From NCBI RefSeq assembly GCF_009914755.1, contig NC_060926.1: a DNA stretch of 64,000 nucleotides; one strand, 5' to 3'. The stretch's first letter is position 1. Each line of letters begins with the position of its first letter. Position numbers and translations under genes: made by a program. This stretch comes from the human T2T-CHM13v2.0 reference genome, Homo sapiens. Positions 1 through 14,880 of this stretch are shown here, piece by piece. Under the pieces are notes generated by a model, which was not told the DNA's origin, did not search any database, and was given only the letters and a program-made list of their open reading frames with translations.

Positions 1-1364
1 CACCGGCACTACCTGTGATCCAGAGCATGTTCGAGGGAGTGAGGAAGAAACGTGAGGGGGAAATGGGGCCTCATGGTCCAGCCGGGGCTCCTCTTCCCAG
101 ACTTACCTGGGCACTGGCAGTGGCCTCGAGCGGCAGGCTGGGTCCTCTTTCCCAGCCACGCCAGGCTTGGCCCCATGCCCAGCTCCCCTCCAGTCCTTTC
201 ACAGGCCCAGGTCACAGCTGAGTCGGAACCATAGGTCCAGGGGTACAAGCTTTCCGCACCTGGGCCAGGTGCCACCTCCCTTCCTTCCTCCGCCCCCTGC
301 CTCCTGTGGGTGGCTCCCTACAAGCCTTTAGGTGTCTCGCTCCCACCCCACGCTGCACAGGGACAAATGAGGGAGCCCACACACTCCTGACCCCCTGCAC
401 CTGGGAGGAAGCAAAGACGGAGGGTGGAGGGTGGAGGGTGAGCAGGAGGGAGAGCCAAGCAAGGCTGCTGTCGGCACCACCCCCAGGCTGGCTTGTGTCC
501 AGCACTGGCCATGAGAGTCCCTTGCTCTCTGGCGGCCTCTGTTCTCATTCGGCTGTCCTCAGCTGCATCTGGTCAGCAGCTAGCAGGGGCTGCAGCGTGG
601 CAGGTGGAGAACTGCGAGGGGCCCTGGTGCGGATTCCAGGCCTCACCTGAGTCCTGCTTGGTGCCATTTGTCTTGACAACTGCTGACACTGAGTCTCCGA
701 GACAGAAAAACAGGCAGAAAAGGGAACTGCGGCAGAAGGGGCTCCTGAGAGAGGGGCTGTGGCAGGGCAGGGGCTCGAGTGTGCTCTGGGCCAGGGAACC
801 TGCTCCTGAGAGTCTGGGAGACTTTTCCATTTTCCAACGCGGTTTCACATTCAGGGCCTCAGTCCGCCTCACAGCACCAGCCCCGGCCTGAGACAGGCAG
901 GCTCAGCCTCGCTAACAAATGAAAGAGCCACTTATGGGCCCTGTTTTGTGCCGGGCTTTGCACTGGCTGCATGTGGGACCCAGTCCAGGGAGAGGCAGAC
1001 AGATAGATAACTGAGAATGGTGCCGCAAGGGAAGTGCTCCAGCTGGTGTGTCCCCAGGCTGCAAGTCCCAGGCCCAGGAGGAGAGTGGAAGCTGGGGGCT
1101 CAGAAAGGCCTCCTAGAGCAGTGAGCCTAGAAGGAGGCCCAGAATGCAGCCGGCTGGGAAGAAAAGGCCAGGATAGGGAAGAGACATGCAAAGGCCTAGA
1201 AATTGCAAAATAGCTTTAAGTACTGAGGGCTTACTAAGGGCCAGGTGCCTGATGGTCCATCTTTCCCAACATTTTTCAACGTAGGCATTATTATCTCATT
1301 TCACAGACGAGAAAAGTGGTCTCATGTTACACCACTTGCACACCGTTACTCCTAAGGTTTTTGT

Positions 1365-1675
1365 GAGTCAGAGTAAGCGAACTGCTAGAACAAAGAATCC
1401 CAGATCTCTGCAGCTGAGCACAGGCTGATTTCTTGCTCATGTCACAGTCTAGGGTGAATCCAAGTGGTGATTCAGGGACCCAGGCTCTATTTATTCTCTA
1501 GTGCTACCATCTTTAGCTTGTGGCCTGCATGCTTGCAACAAAAGGGAAACTGAGTAAAGGATCCTGCTTGGGAGACTTTCATGGGCCAAGTGGATGTGGC
1601 GTACGTCTCTCTTCCACCCCCTTTCCATTGGCCCAACTCATGCCTAGATCAAGGGGGCTGGGAAATGTGGTCTCA
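1365..1675. mobile_element. Ancient LTR remnant (MLT1/ERVL-MaLR-like)
   Basis: Motifs 'atttcttgctcatgtcaca', 'attcagggacccaggct', 'ccattggcc', 'ggctgggaaatgtggtct' resemble old MaLR LTRs. Subfamily uncertain. Confidence 0.5.
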
Positions 1676-1682
1676 GGGTGGT

Positions 1683-1716
1683 CAGGAAGAGGGGGACACC
1701 AGGAAGAGGGGGACAC
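1683..1716. repeat. Perfect 17-bp tandem duplication CAGGAAGAGGGGGACAC x2
   Basis: Read directly. Confidence 0.9.
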
Positions 1717-4489
1717 CCAGGATGTCAGGGGACTCTGGATGGTACATCCCTGAGCAGCTGATCCTGGGCCTGTGTCCTTAGCCAGAGGCTACTGCCCTTC
1801 ATGCACCAGGGAGGAACTGGGCACCCTGGGGAATGGCAAGTAACTGGGGTGGCGCCTGGACTTTGTCCTGTGGGCAGCCAGGAGCCACCAACAGGCTTTC
1901 AGGAGGGAAGTGCCCTGGGCAAGCCTGGGTTGCAGAGAGATAAGACTGCCGAGGAGAGAGCGTCGGGGAGGCAGGGGCGAGGTGACCAGGCCTGCAGTTC
2001 TTGTGAGCAGCCCAGAGCCCTTGGGGACCCCAGGCTGAGTCTCTGGACCCCTGCTCCAGCGCTCATCCTCCTCCTTCCCAGCCCATCATGAAATCCTGGC
2101 CACCCAAGCCTCAGCCATGCCTTCCCAACAGGGACAATAGGCAGGACACCCAGCTCCGCCCCAGAATGCAGCTGAGGGGAAGGCCGAGGGGAAGGCAGCG
2201 GAGGGCAGACGTGAGGCTATAATTCTATTGCCAGCTTCTGGGAGCCAGCAGGGGCAGAGGCACGGATAACCACATTTGGTTCATTGCAGGCGCCGGGGAC
2301 ATCACTCAGGCCCGGCAAGGAGCCAGTCATCCAGACTGCATGTGCCCTGCAGGGAAACCGTCTCCCAGCAGCCTCGTTAGGGTAGGGGCTTGAACAGGAG
2401 ACCGAGGGCAGACCTCGGCAGGGCCATTTGAGAGGCTGGGAGGCTGGCAGCTTCTGAGAACCACTGCCAGGAGCTGGTCCCTGACTCTAAACCCCCTCTC
2501 CTGGAGCCATGGGTCGGTCGCACGGGGCAGTGTGAAAGGAGCCAGGTGGTGGGGGTGGTGCCCTCCCCAGGGGAAGCTTGGTGAGGCAGGCAGGGAATCG
2601 GGCCCTGGATCTTGGCTTCCTTAGCTGGAGCGGAGAGGCGTTTCCTGACGTATGGGAACACCTGGTGTGCAGTTACACGCTGGCTCCTGTAAACCTCCTC
2701 GCACCCATTCCCACTCAATGCTGCCTGGTAACAACACCTCTCCCTCTTCTGTCCCCTCCAGGCCCTTCCAGGCTTTGCAAAAGGAGATGGGTGTGGCCCC
2801 TGTGGGATTTCCCCAGTGCCCAACCCTGATGGCAGCTGCTGGCTCCTCCCTGTCCTCGTCCTCCCTCCCATCACAGGCCTCCTGCAACAACCACCCCACC
2901 CCCCAGAGCTGGCCCCCAGGACATGCCTGTTTTCAGGCTTGGCTTGCACTACCCTGCCTCGTCTCATGAACCTTGTGAGCCCTGTGCTCTCCCCAATCTA
3001 CAGAGGATGGCCGGCTCCCCCAGAAAGGGGAGGGAGCTTGCCTGAGGTCGCACAGCAACAGGGGGTAGAGTCAGTCCATGAACTCACAGGGGTGTCCCGC
3101 AGGAATTGCTGCCACTTCCCTCCTGCCCTGGCCCTCCTCTCTATCTTCAGACCTCCACCCTTCCCTCCCACTGCAGGGTCCCTGGAGCTGAGGATATTAT
3201 AACCATGCCCCACATACACACTCTTCCTTCCTGGTGCCCCAGGAATGGTGGGAAACCAATGCCCGCCTTTACTGGCAGAAGAAGCCAGAAAGGATCCCCA
3301 AAGGGCAAGAGGGAAGCTGGCAGCTGGGAGGCTCACCTGCAGGTCAGCCCTAGAGGCGCTCTGTGGCGGCCGGGGGAAGGTGGCAGCTGGGACAGGCTTA
3401 GAAGACAGGAGAGGAGGGAAAGGCTAAGGAGGCTCATGGTATTTAGGATCCTAGTTAAGGATCTTTACTCACTCAGCCATGTAATCCAATGAAGTATCAG
3501 CTTCAAGCCAGTGCCTAGGTGAAAATTGTTGATATTCTAATTCCTTCACAAACAGCTTCTGCATGTGCCCAAAGCTGTTGCTTCATCTCCTCCATATTTG
3601 GGCCTTGCCCCACCTCTCTCGCTGACAGGGTGGCATCCTGTGGGCAGAGGTCTGGGGCAGGCCCCTGGCAGGAATAACTCCTGTAGCACTGGCCTTTCTA
3701 GGGGCAGCACAGGGGAGGAGAGGGACCCTTTGGAGTCAGAGGCCTGGGTCTGCATGTCCAGCCTCTCATTTATGGGCTGTGTGCCCCTGGGCAAGTGGCT
3801 TCCCTTTTCAAGGATTCAGTTTCCTCTTGTGTAAATGGGCTAGTGTAGCCAAACTTTCAGGGTGGTTCTGAGGATCCCATGCTGGGCAGTTTACACCACA
3901 CCCGGCACTCAGCAACCGGGAGCTCCCACTGTGACTTGCCAGAGTCTCAGCCACCTTGGGGCATTTCTTCTGTCCACTGTGCCATAGCCTTTAAGTCAGC
4001 TTCTGGAAAACCGAACTCCTTGTCTTGGTCTTCACTCCAGATCCTCCACTTAACTTCCACATTTCTGACCTGAGAATGACATTCCCCTATGCTGAGGCTA
4101 AAAGCTATGAAATAATCTTTAACTTTGTCTCTTGGCTTAAGTGGCCACCACGCTTTGATTAAGCCCCTCACTCAAATTTGCTTTCACCCCTTCACCCTTC
4201 ACTCCATATTCAGACCAGGGTCAGGAACAGAGGCTGTCCATGGCAAGGGCCCATTCTGTATGAGCTACAGGGTGTGGGCTAGAGGTGGGGATACAGAGTG
4301 GGGGCCCTGCCCTCTGGGAGCTTCCACTCAAATGCAGGAGGACAACTTGCCCAATCTTCACCACGACAGAGGCAAGGGGCCAACAGTGCTGCTGACCATG
4401 AATGAATGGAAAGGCCACAGGGAGGAGGGGGCCTTTGGATGGTACCATGCAGAAGGAGGGTAAAGGCGTTCCAGGCTCGAGAACACTGA

Positions 4490-4745
4490 CTGTTCATTTG
4501 ATGATATTTAAGTGCCTGTTACGTACAGGAGGAGGCTTACACCAAGTAACTAGGACAGAAGACTCTGTTCTCAGAGGGTATATGAATTCAAACACGATTA
4601 GAATTATGGGGAAAATAAAACAAGGTCATGTGGCAGAGAGTGACAATGGGAGGCCTCTCTAAGGAGACATTTCCAGAAGATCTCAATGATAGAAAGGAGC
4701 CACATGAGACTGAAGGGAGAACATTCCAGGCAAAGGGAACAGCAA
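4490..4745. mobile_element. L2 fragment
   Basis: 'ttcatt...atatttaagtgcct...' and 'acattccaggcaaagggaacagc' are typical L2 3' motifs. Confidence 0.55.
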
Positions 4746-5571
4746 ATAGACATATAGACTAGTGGAGTAGAATTGAGAGTCCAGAAATAAACCCAATATG
4801 TCTATAGTCCATTGATTTTCAACAAGAGCAGCCCGAACATTCAATGAGAAAAGAATAGTCTTTTTGATAAATGGTACTGGGAAAACTGGATATCCACATG
4901 CTAAATAATGAAAATGAAGCCCAACTTCACACCATCTATAAGAATTAACTCAAAATGGATCAGAGATCTTACATTTAGTAAGTGCTTAAACTATAAAACC
5001 CTTGGAAGAAAATATAGGGGTAAATATTCATGACCTTGGATTTGGTGATGAATTCTCAGCTATGACACCAAAAGTGTAAGCAACAAAAGAAAAAATAGGT
5101 AATTAGAATTCATCATAACTAAAAACTTGTTCCTCAAAGAATACCATCAAGAAAGTCAAAAGACAACCTACAGAATGGGAGAAAGTATTTGAAAATCAAA
5201 TACTTACACACCTGATAAGGATCTAGTATCCAGAATACATAAAGAACTCTTTCAACTCAATAACAAAAAGACAAAGAACCCAACTGAAAAACTGGGCAAA
5301 GGACCTGAATAGGCATTTCTCCAAAGACAATATATGAATGGCCAAACAGCACATGAAAAGATGTTTAACATCACTGTTTGTTAGGGAAATGCAAATTAAA
5401 ATCACAATGAGATACTACTTCACACTCGCTAGAATGATCAGAATTTTTAAAAGCAAACAATAAAAAGTGATATTACAGAGGTGGAGAAATTGGAACCCTC
5501 ACACATTGCTGTTAAGAATGTAAAACGGTACAGCCGCTTTGGAAAACACTGGCAGTTCCTCAAAAAGCTCA

Positions 5572-5890
<319 letters not shown>

Positions 5891-6406
5891 GAATTATCGT
5901 AGGACCCAGCATTTCCGCTCCTAGGTACACACCCAAGAGAATTAAAAACAAGGACACTAATGTTCATAACAGTCCTAGTCACTATAGTTGGATGCAAGCC
6001 AAATGTCCCTCACCTGCTGAACAGATAAACAAAATGTGGTCTATCCACATTTCATTGCAAAAAGGAATGAAGTACTGATACCTGCTGCAACGTGGATGAA
6101 CCTGGAGAAAATATGCTAAGTGAAAAAAGCCAGACACAAAAGGCCACAAATCATGCCATTTCATACCTATGAAATATGCAGACTAGGCAAATCCATAGAG
6201 ACAGAAAATAGATTAACGGTTGCCAGGAGCTGTTGCAAGGCAGAAATGAGAAGTAATGCTTAATGGGAATGAGGTTTTCTTTTACGGTGATGAAAATATT
6301 CTGGACTGAGATACGGGTGATGGTTGTACAACATTGTGGATGTACTAAATGCCATTGAATTGTACATTTTTAATGGTTAATTTCACGTATTGGTAATTTT
6401 ACCTCA

Positions 6407-6773
<367 letters not shown>

Positions 6774-6899
6774 TTAAAGGCTTGAACAGACACTTCATCA
6801 AAGAGGATATCCAAATAGCCAATAAGCACATGAAAATATGCTCAACATAACTAGCCACCAGGAAAATGCAAATTAAAACCCATTAGGATAGGATGGCAA

Positions 6900-6930
<31 letters not shown>

Positions 6931-6962
6931 CAGAAAGAAAGGAAAATAACAAGTATTGGTGA

Positions 6963-7459
<497 letters not shown>

Positions 7460-10134
7460 TGAACAGATGAACCAAATGTGGTTTGTACATACAATGGAAG
7501 ATGATTCGGCCTTAAAAAGGAAGAAAATTCTGACATAGGCTAGAACATGGATGAAACTCGAAGCATTATGCTAAGTGAAAGAAGCCAGTCATTAAAAGAC
7601 AAATACTGCATGATTCCACTGACATAAGGTACCTACAGTAGTCACAATCATAGAGACGGGGAGTAGAATGGTGGCTGCCAGGGGCTTGGGGGAGGGGAAG
7701 TGGGGAGATGCAGTTTTACATGATGAAAAGATTTCTAGGGAAGGATGGGGTTGATGACTGCCCAAGTTGTGAGTGCATTTAATACCACTGAACTGCGCAC
7801 TTAAGGATGGTTAAGATGGTAAATGTTGTTATGTGTATTCGACCACAACTAAGAAAACTGGGAAGAAAACACTCCCTTCTTTTCCAAAAAAAAAAAAAAT
7901 ACCCACAAAGAGATACTACACACTCACCAGAATGACCAAAAGCAAGAAGACCAATAACACCAAATGCTGGCGAGGATGTGGAGCAACCGGAACTCTCAAA
8001 CACTGGCGGTGGAAGTGTTCATTGGTAGGCTCACTTTGGAAGATTGAATATCCACGAAAGCTAAATATTTGCTTATCGTATGACCTAGTAACTCCACTTC
8101 TAGATATTTACCCAAAAGAAATGAAAGCTTCTGTGCACCAAAAGACATATGTATGAACGTTCCTATTGGCTTTACTTATAGTTGCCCCAAACTGGAAACA
8201 ACCCAATGTTCATCAACAGGGAATGGATCAACAGTGATACATCCACACACTGGCATACCACTCAGAAATGAAAAGGAATGAACTCACGCTGAAACAACCT
8301 GGATGACTCGCCTAGACATTATATTAAGCAAAAGGAGCAAGACACAAGAGACTGTTTTGATTACATTTATATGAAAGTTCTAGAACAGGCAAAATTAATC
8401 CATGTGGTAGAAATCAGAATGGTGCTCCTTCTGGGTGGTATCGACTGAGAAGGGGCATGGGGGACTTGCCGGGGTGAAGAAAGCACCCTGCCACTTGTTC
8501 GGGGTGCTGCATGCCTCTGTAAACTGTCTCTGAGCTATACCCTAAAGGCTGCCATTCATTGTCTGATCTGGGTAATCATTTGTAAAGGTCCCTCTGAGTG
8601 CAAGGTAGAGAGGCGTTTGTAGAGGTCTCAGTCAGAAACGGGGGCCCTGAAAAACTGGCACATTCATCAGCAAGCATCCCCTAGCCCCCAAACCTGGCTA
8701 GTCAGACCTGAACCCCAGGAGCAGACCCAGTGTGGACCCCAAGCAAGAAGAGGTCTTTGGGAACGTTTTTTGTCCCACCACCCTGGCCTAGATGGCAAGG
8801 CCCAGGCCCAGAGAGGAGGAGGGACTCACCCCACAGTGCAGGGCAGCAGAGCGGGGCAGAAGCCAGGTTCCCTGCCTCCCAGCCCAGGGCTCACTCCCAG
8901 CAACAGGCTGTTCTCATAAAGATGCTCTGACGAAGGTGACAGTGTATCTTTTGAAAGTCCTAAAAGCATCTTTCTGGTAGGGCACAGGAGGGCAGGAGAG
9001 GGTCATTCTGAGACCAGATGGGGATGGACAAGGCATTTCCACCCCTCCTTGGCAGAACGAGGAAGGAACAGGGTCATAAGACCAGCAGTAGCAAGCTCTG
9101 AGGTGTCCAAAGAAATTAGGGCCCTGATGGGGCCACACTCCACCCAGGATCCAGTGGGTTCTGGCTCAAATTGAGAAGAGTCTGGGGAACTTGGAGAATA
9201 ACCTACTTCCCTCAGAGAAAACAGAAAGGCCCTGCAGGAGAGGGGGTCCAGGACTGGCGGCTGCTGGGCAGAGCAGGCCAGGCCTGGACCTGGGCTCTCT
9301 GTAGTCCCAGTGTGGCAGTGAGCCCTGATTAGCCCCAAGACCTGCAGCTTCTAGATGAGGGATGGGGCTCACTTCTGAGGCTCCCACCATTGCCAGGCCT
9401 CTTTCTGGGTTGATAGCTAGGTGGCAGCCACCTTCTGCCTAAAGATCCCATCAACCTCAGAGGCTGCCACCAAGCCTTCAGGGCTCTCTGGAGCAAGAGG
9501 AATGGAGAAGGGAGGGTGGGGAGAGAGTGAGAGGACCTGGAGTTTGTGGTCCCCAGCTCCCTGAAATCCTTTACCCTGGTCTGGAAGAGGCTCTGTCGAT
9601 GAATCCTGGCTGTTAAAAATAACCCACCTCTCCATCATCCCGACAGCCGCGCTCCGGGACAGTGTGTTCCAAGGCCAGGCTACTCTCCAGGGACAGGAGC
9701 TGTGGGGCAGGAAGGGCTGTGGATTCTCCAGGCCAGCCCAGGCTGGGAGAGAGGCCCACAGCCCTGCATCTCAGTCCAGGCATCCCAGCCACACGTGAGT
9801 CTACCTGCCTCCCAAGACCCTGGGTGTCAGGTCCAGTGACAAGGGCCTCCGGGTTCCAAGGGTGCTGCAGCTACCCCAGAGGCTCATGTTGTTACAGGAT
9901 CTGTGGGCCTCTCCCGGTGACCTGGAACTCGCTTCCCCCTTACATAGAATTCAGCAAAGAGGACACTGTGCCACGTGGCTTCCTCCTCTGATTCTCAAAA
10001 ATGCCTCTGGCTGGGACCACAGGGGGCTTGACAGGAATCAAGGAGACGGAGGGACTTGGGTGTGTGTAAAGCCCACATCCTTGTCCCACAGATGCAGTCC
10101 TCTCTCTGCTGCCATCCCCTCTGCATAGCACTCA

Positions 10135-10345
10135 GGGCTAAGAGCCCAGGCTCTGGAGGCAGATAGACCTGGGTTCAAATCCTAACACAGCCCTAACTAC
10201 AGTGAGACTTGAGAAAGTTACTTAACCTCTCTGTGCCCTGATTCTCTCATTGATAAAATAGATAACTGTGGCTCTAACCTTGTAGGGTTGCTACGAAGCT
10301 AGATGAGTTCCCAGTGTTCCTAAATGCAGGGCCCGACACACAGTA
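10135..10345 (+). mobile_element. MIR element (second MIR piece at about 10625-10800)
   Basis: 'ggctctggag...cctgggttcaaatcc...aagttacttaacctctctgtgcc' MIR core. Confidence 0.8.
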
Positions 10346-10353
10346 AGAAAGAA

Positions 10354-10607
10354 TGAGGAGGAGGAGAAGGAGGAGGTGGAGGAAGGGGAGGGGGAGATGA
10401 AGGGGGAGGGGAGAGAAATGAGGAGGGGGAGAGGCAGAAGGAAGAGAAGGGGAGGGGAGGAGGAGGAATGGGAGGAGGGGAGAGGAGTAGGAGGAAGGGG
10501 AAGAGGAAGGGGAGGGGGAGGAGGAGAAAGGGGAGGGGGAGGGGAAGAAGGACAAAGAGGAGGGGGAGGGTGAGAAGGAGAAAGAGGAAGGGGACCGAGA
10601 GGAAGAA
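10354..10607. repeat. Polypurine (GGA/GAG-rich) low-complexity tract
   Basis: About 250 nt almost entirely G/A on the plus strand. Confidence 0.95.
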
Positions 10608-12812
10608 GTCGTCCATCCAGCATCCTGGTTAAGAGCATTGGCTATGGAGTGGAATTTCATGTCCCACTTCCTCTACTGACCAGCTGTGTGGCCTTGAGCC
10701 AGTTGCTTGACCCTTCTGGTCTCTAATTTCCTGAGCTGTAAAATGGAAAGATGACCCCTCCTGGAACCATTGTGTGGCCTCTGTGTGGGTGCCCTTAGGA
10801 TGGTGCTGAGCAGAAGTCGGCACTGGACAAGTGTGTGAAGCCCCAGTCAGGACAGCAGGAGAGCTGGAACCCCAGAGACTGTTGAGCTGAAGCTGGGGCG
10901 GGGTTGGGGTTGGGGTAAGGGCAGCTCCCTTGGCCACACTTCTGCAAGAGCAGTTAGGCCTTCCTGGCCACGCACACCACAGAGGCTGGAAGCTCTTGGG
11001 CGTGCAGCAACATGCCCACCCTGGGCTCACCTCACCCCAGGCTGGAGAGCCCGAGGGGCTTCCTGAGGCTCCTGCAGAGCAGACCCATCCAAGGCAGCAG
11101 GCCCCGCCTGTCCCCACCAGCCACCTTCCCACAACCCCACTGCATGCAGGGATGCGGGCAGAAGGAGGGAGGGAGAGCGAGAAGGGACCGAGGGAAACCA
11201 AGAGAGGAGGCTCAGGGTCCAGGAAGAAGGAAGGAGAGAGGAGAGAGTGAGGGAAAGGGAGCGGAGAGAGACCCAGGAACACAAAGGGAGACAGAGAAGA
11301 AATTTAGAAACAGAGGAGTGATCTCTCTAAAAAACTAAAATGGGAGGGAGGAAGACCAGCTGTGGAACCCCAAGGAGGGCTGTGAGGGACAGTGATGGAG
11401 CTTGGGGAGCTGGAGACAGCCTGACCCCCCTGCAAACAGGGCTTTTATCTAAGGATGGGTAAGATGTTGTTATGACAACAGATGTAGCATTTAGGGTAAT
11501 TCCTGGTGAATAACCAAGAGAAGAGGTGGCAGCTCTGGTGGGTGCTGCAGTCCAAAAACAGGGTCTCAGAGGCAGCCCCAGGCCCCATTCGCCCCTGCCT
11601 CATTCCAGACCCTTCCCTCCACCTGAGCCTAGCCAGGACCTTCCTAGTCCCTGAGGCCAGGCCACCCCAGGACAGACCTTCTGAGCCACAGCCAAGCACC
11701 CAGGTCCCACCTCCTCACCCATCCTGCCTAGGGCTGACAGCAAACCCAGGCCCTGTGCATGGACACTGCCTCCGTGACAAGCATCTCAACCTAACTCTCC
11801 TCAGGACCCTGAGAGTGAGATGCAGCAGGAACCTCATTTTACAGATGATAATATAAGAGTCAGAGAAGTTGAGTAACTTCTCTGAGGTCACACAGCAACT
11901 AAACTGCTCTACACGGTCCCACCCCAGATCATTCCCAGGGCCAAGAACTGCTCCTGGGCAGATCTAGAGACAGGCTATTCTTACAAACCTCATCCCCTAG
12001 CACTTTCTGGAAAAAGTTAGAGACAGCACTTGTGGATGAGAAGAAAAGGAGAGACAGAAAGCGTTTTCTGCACCTGGCTCTCTACAACACTACACCACTG
12101 TGGCCCTTGAGATGATTATTTCTATTGCAACCCACTGGACACTCCCAGTATTTGGGAAATACTACAGGGTAACTGTGGGGCCTGGGCTCTATTTGGTGGA
12201 ATCTCTCAAGTCTGGGGGACCCTGAAGGCCAAGGCTCCCATCCAGCCCCCTCCAGCCTAGGGGAGCTCCATGAAGCCTGCGGCATCCACAGCTGCCCTTT
12301 CTCCTCTGTCCTCTGGGCCATTGGCCTCACACCCACAGAACCTCCTGGACATCCACCCCAGGACTGCCTGGTCCACGGGAGGGACGCATCCCAGCCCTAG
12401 GGAGCTCGGAGGGTAGGGAGAGGGAGCCAAGAGCTGGGGCAGCCAAGAGCTGGTGGGGGGGGCGCAGCCTCTGCAGAGGGCCTGCTTGTCGGTGGATCCC
12501 AGGCTCTGGGAGGATGAAGCCCTGGCCTTTCACATGCCTCGGGGCTCCTGCCCCAAGCCCAGATCTCTGCCTGGCTGGCATCACTGGGATGACAGAGGGG
12601 TCTCTTAACAGCCTCCAGGGTCATCGCAAGGGAGCTTCCTCAAGGACAGGACCCAGACCCCAGCACCTCCCTGAAATAACACCCTGGACCTGGAAAGGCA
12701 GGCCAGGGGTGAGGGGCGACCCAGCTGGGAGAGAAGAGAGCCCAGAGGCTGGGGGCTTCCAGGGGCTCCAAGCTGACTGCGCCTGAGGAGTGGGGCTGTT
12801 GAGCAGGAAGGG

Positions 12813-12813
<1 letters not shown>

Positions 12814-12874
<61 letters not shown>
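12814..12874. repeat. Compound microsatellite (TG)~20(AG)~10
   Basis: Read directly. Confidence 0.97.
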
Positions 12875-12875
<1 letters not shown>

Positions 12876-12904
12876 TACTAATGTGATGGAACTGTAGTCG
12901 GTGA

Positions 12905-13396
<492 letters not shown>

Positions 13397-14608
13397 TGAT
13401 GACTTTGAGCCCTTCTAGAGAATTCTTCAACAGAAGATTTGATTTAAACAAAGAGAAGAGGAGGAATTGAGGAGAGGGAGTGCAGGGAGCTAAGGTCCTG
13501 CAGGACAGCCCTTCGTGCAAGCTGCCCCACTGCGTTGGACTCCCTTGCATGCCCCTGGATGCAGGTCTGTCCCTGCAGCTGTGGATGCCCTAGGTTGACA
13601 GGGGCTGAACATCCCCAAAGAGCTCGCAGCCAGCTGTGATCAGAGTGGCGCAGGTAAACTGCAACAGGCACTCAGCGGAGCGAGAGCTGCCCTCCGTGGC
13701 CCTGCACTGAGGCTCCAGGACAGCGGGTGAACCGCAATCTCAGGCAGTCAGGGTTCACCCCAACAGAGGGAGGTGGAGGGAAAGGAGGTGCACTGGTCAC
13801 AGGTGGCCCCAGCCCAGGCCTGGGGAACTGGTGTGCCCAGGGGAGGCAAGGGGCCTGGGCAGAGTGAGAGCAGCCTGCATCTTCTGCGGCTCCACCTAGG
13901 CCAGAGTATGGACATGAGAGGCTGTGTTCGAGCCACCCAGGTAAGGTCTGGAGCCAGGATGGGAAGGGGGCTCCCCACTGGCCATGAAAGGCAGAGGGCT
14001 TGGGGCCCCCACACATTTACCCCTCAGTGATATCTGGAAGCCTGGCAGGTAGGCTGAGATGGGTGTCATGTGAACCCGATGGCTGCGGGACAGCTAGGGC
14101 CCGCCTGCCCCCGGCACTCCCATCCACACCCAGAGGCCTGTTCTCACAACTGCAGGCCACCCTTCCCTCCTGCTGCTGCTCCTCATAGTAGTGTGGGCTG
14201 ATGCCCCACGCAGACGGCTGTGCCCTGTGTGTGTACAGACCTGGGCTCTAGAGTGGCTCCAAGCATCATCAGACACAGGACCTGGGATACATCCCTAAAC
14301 CACCTGGGCCAGATTTCTTCATTTGCAGAACAGAAGGGCTAGAAATCAAATTCAAAGCACCACGTTGTTCTCTTCCTCCAAGCAGGCTCTTGGAAACCTG
14401 GTTCCTTTTGCCTGCACTCAACGGGGTCCTGTCTCCCGCCCTCCACTGACTGGGTTTCTAAGACATTCTCAGGACACAAGGGTGCTGGGTGTGCAGCAGG
14501 GCTCCAGAAGACCCGTGCCCTTACCAGATCCAGGGGGTAACAGCCTGAGACTTCAGGCCAGAGAAAAGAAAACAAGTTTGTTGGACGCCTTCAGCTGTGA
14601 CTGCTGTC

Positions 14609-14880
14609 TCCTCCCCTTTTCCTCCTCCCTGTCTTGTCCCCCTCCTCCTCTTCCCCCTCCATCTCTGGCTCCCCTTCTTCTTCCTCTCCCCCCTTCCTCC
14701 TCCTCCTCCTCTTCCTCTTTTTCCTTCCCTTCCTCCTCTCCCCCTCCTAGCCCCTCCTCCTCCTCCTTTTCCTTCCCTTCCTCCTCTCCCCCTCCTCCCC
14801 CCCCCTCCCCCTCTTTCCCCCTCCTCCCCCATCCCCTCCCTCTTCCCCCTCCTCCTCCTTCCTCTCCCTCCTTTCCCCAA
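14609..14880. repeat. Polypyrimidine (TCC/CCT-rich) low-complexity tract
   Basis: About 270 nt almost entirely C/T on the plus strand, with an internal ~40-nt duplication. Confidence 0.95.
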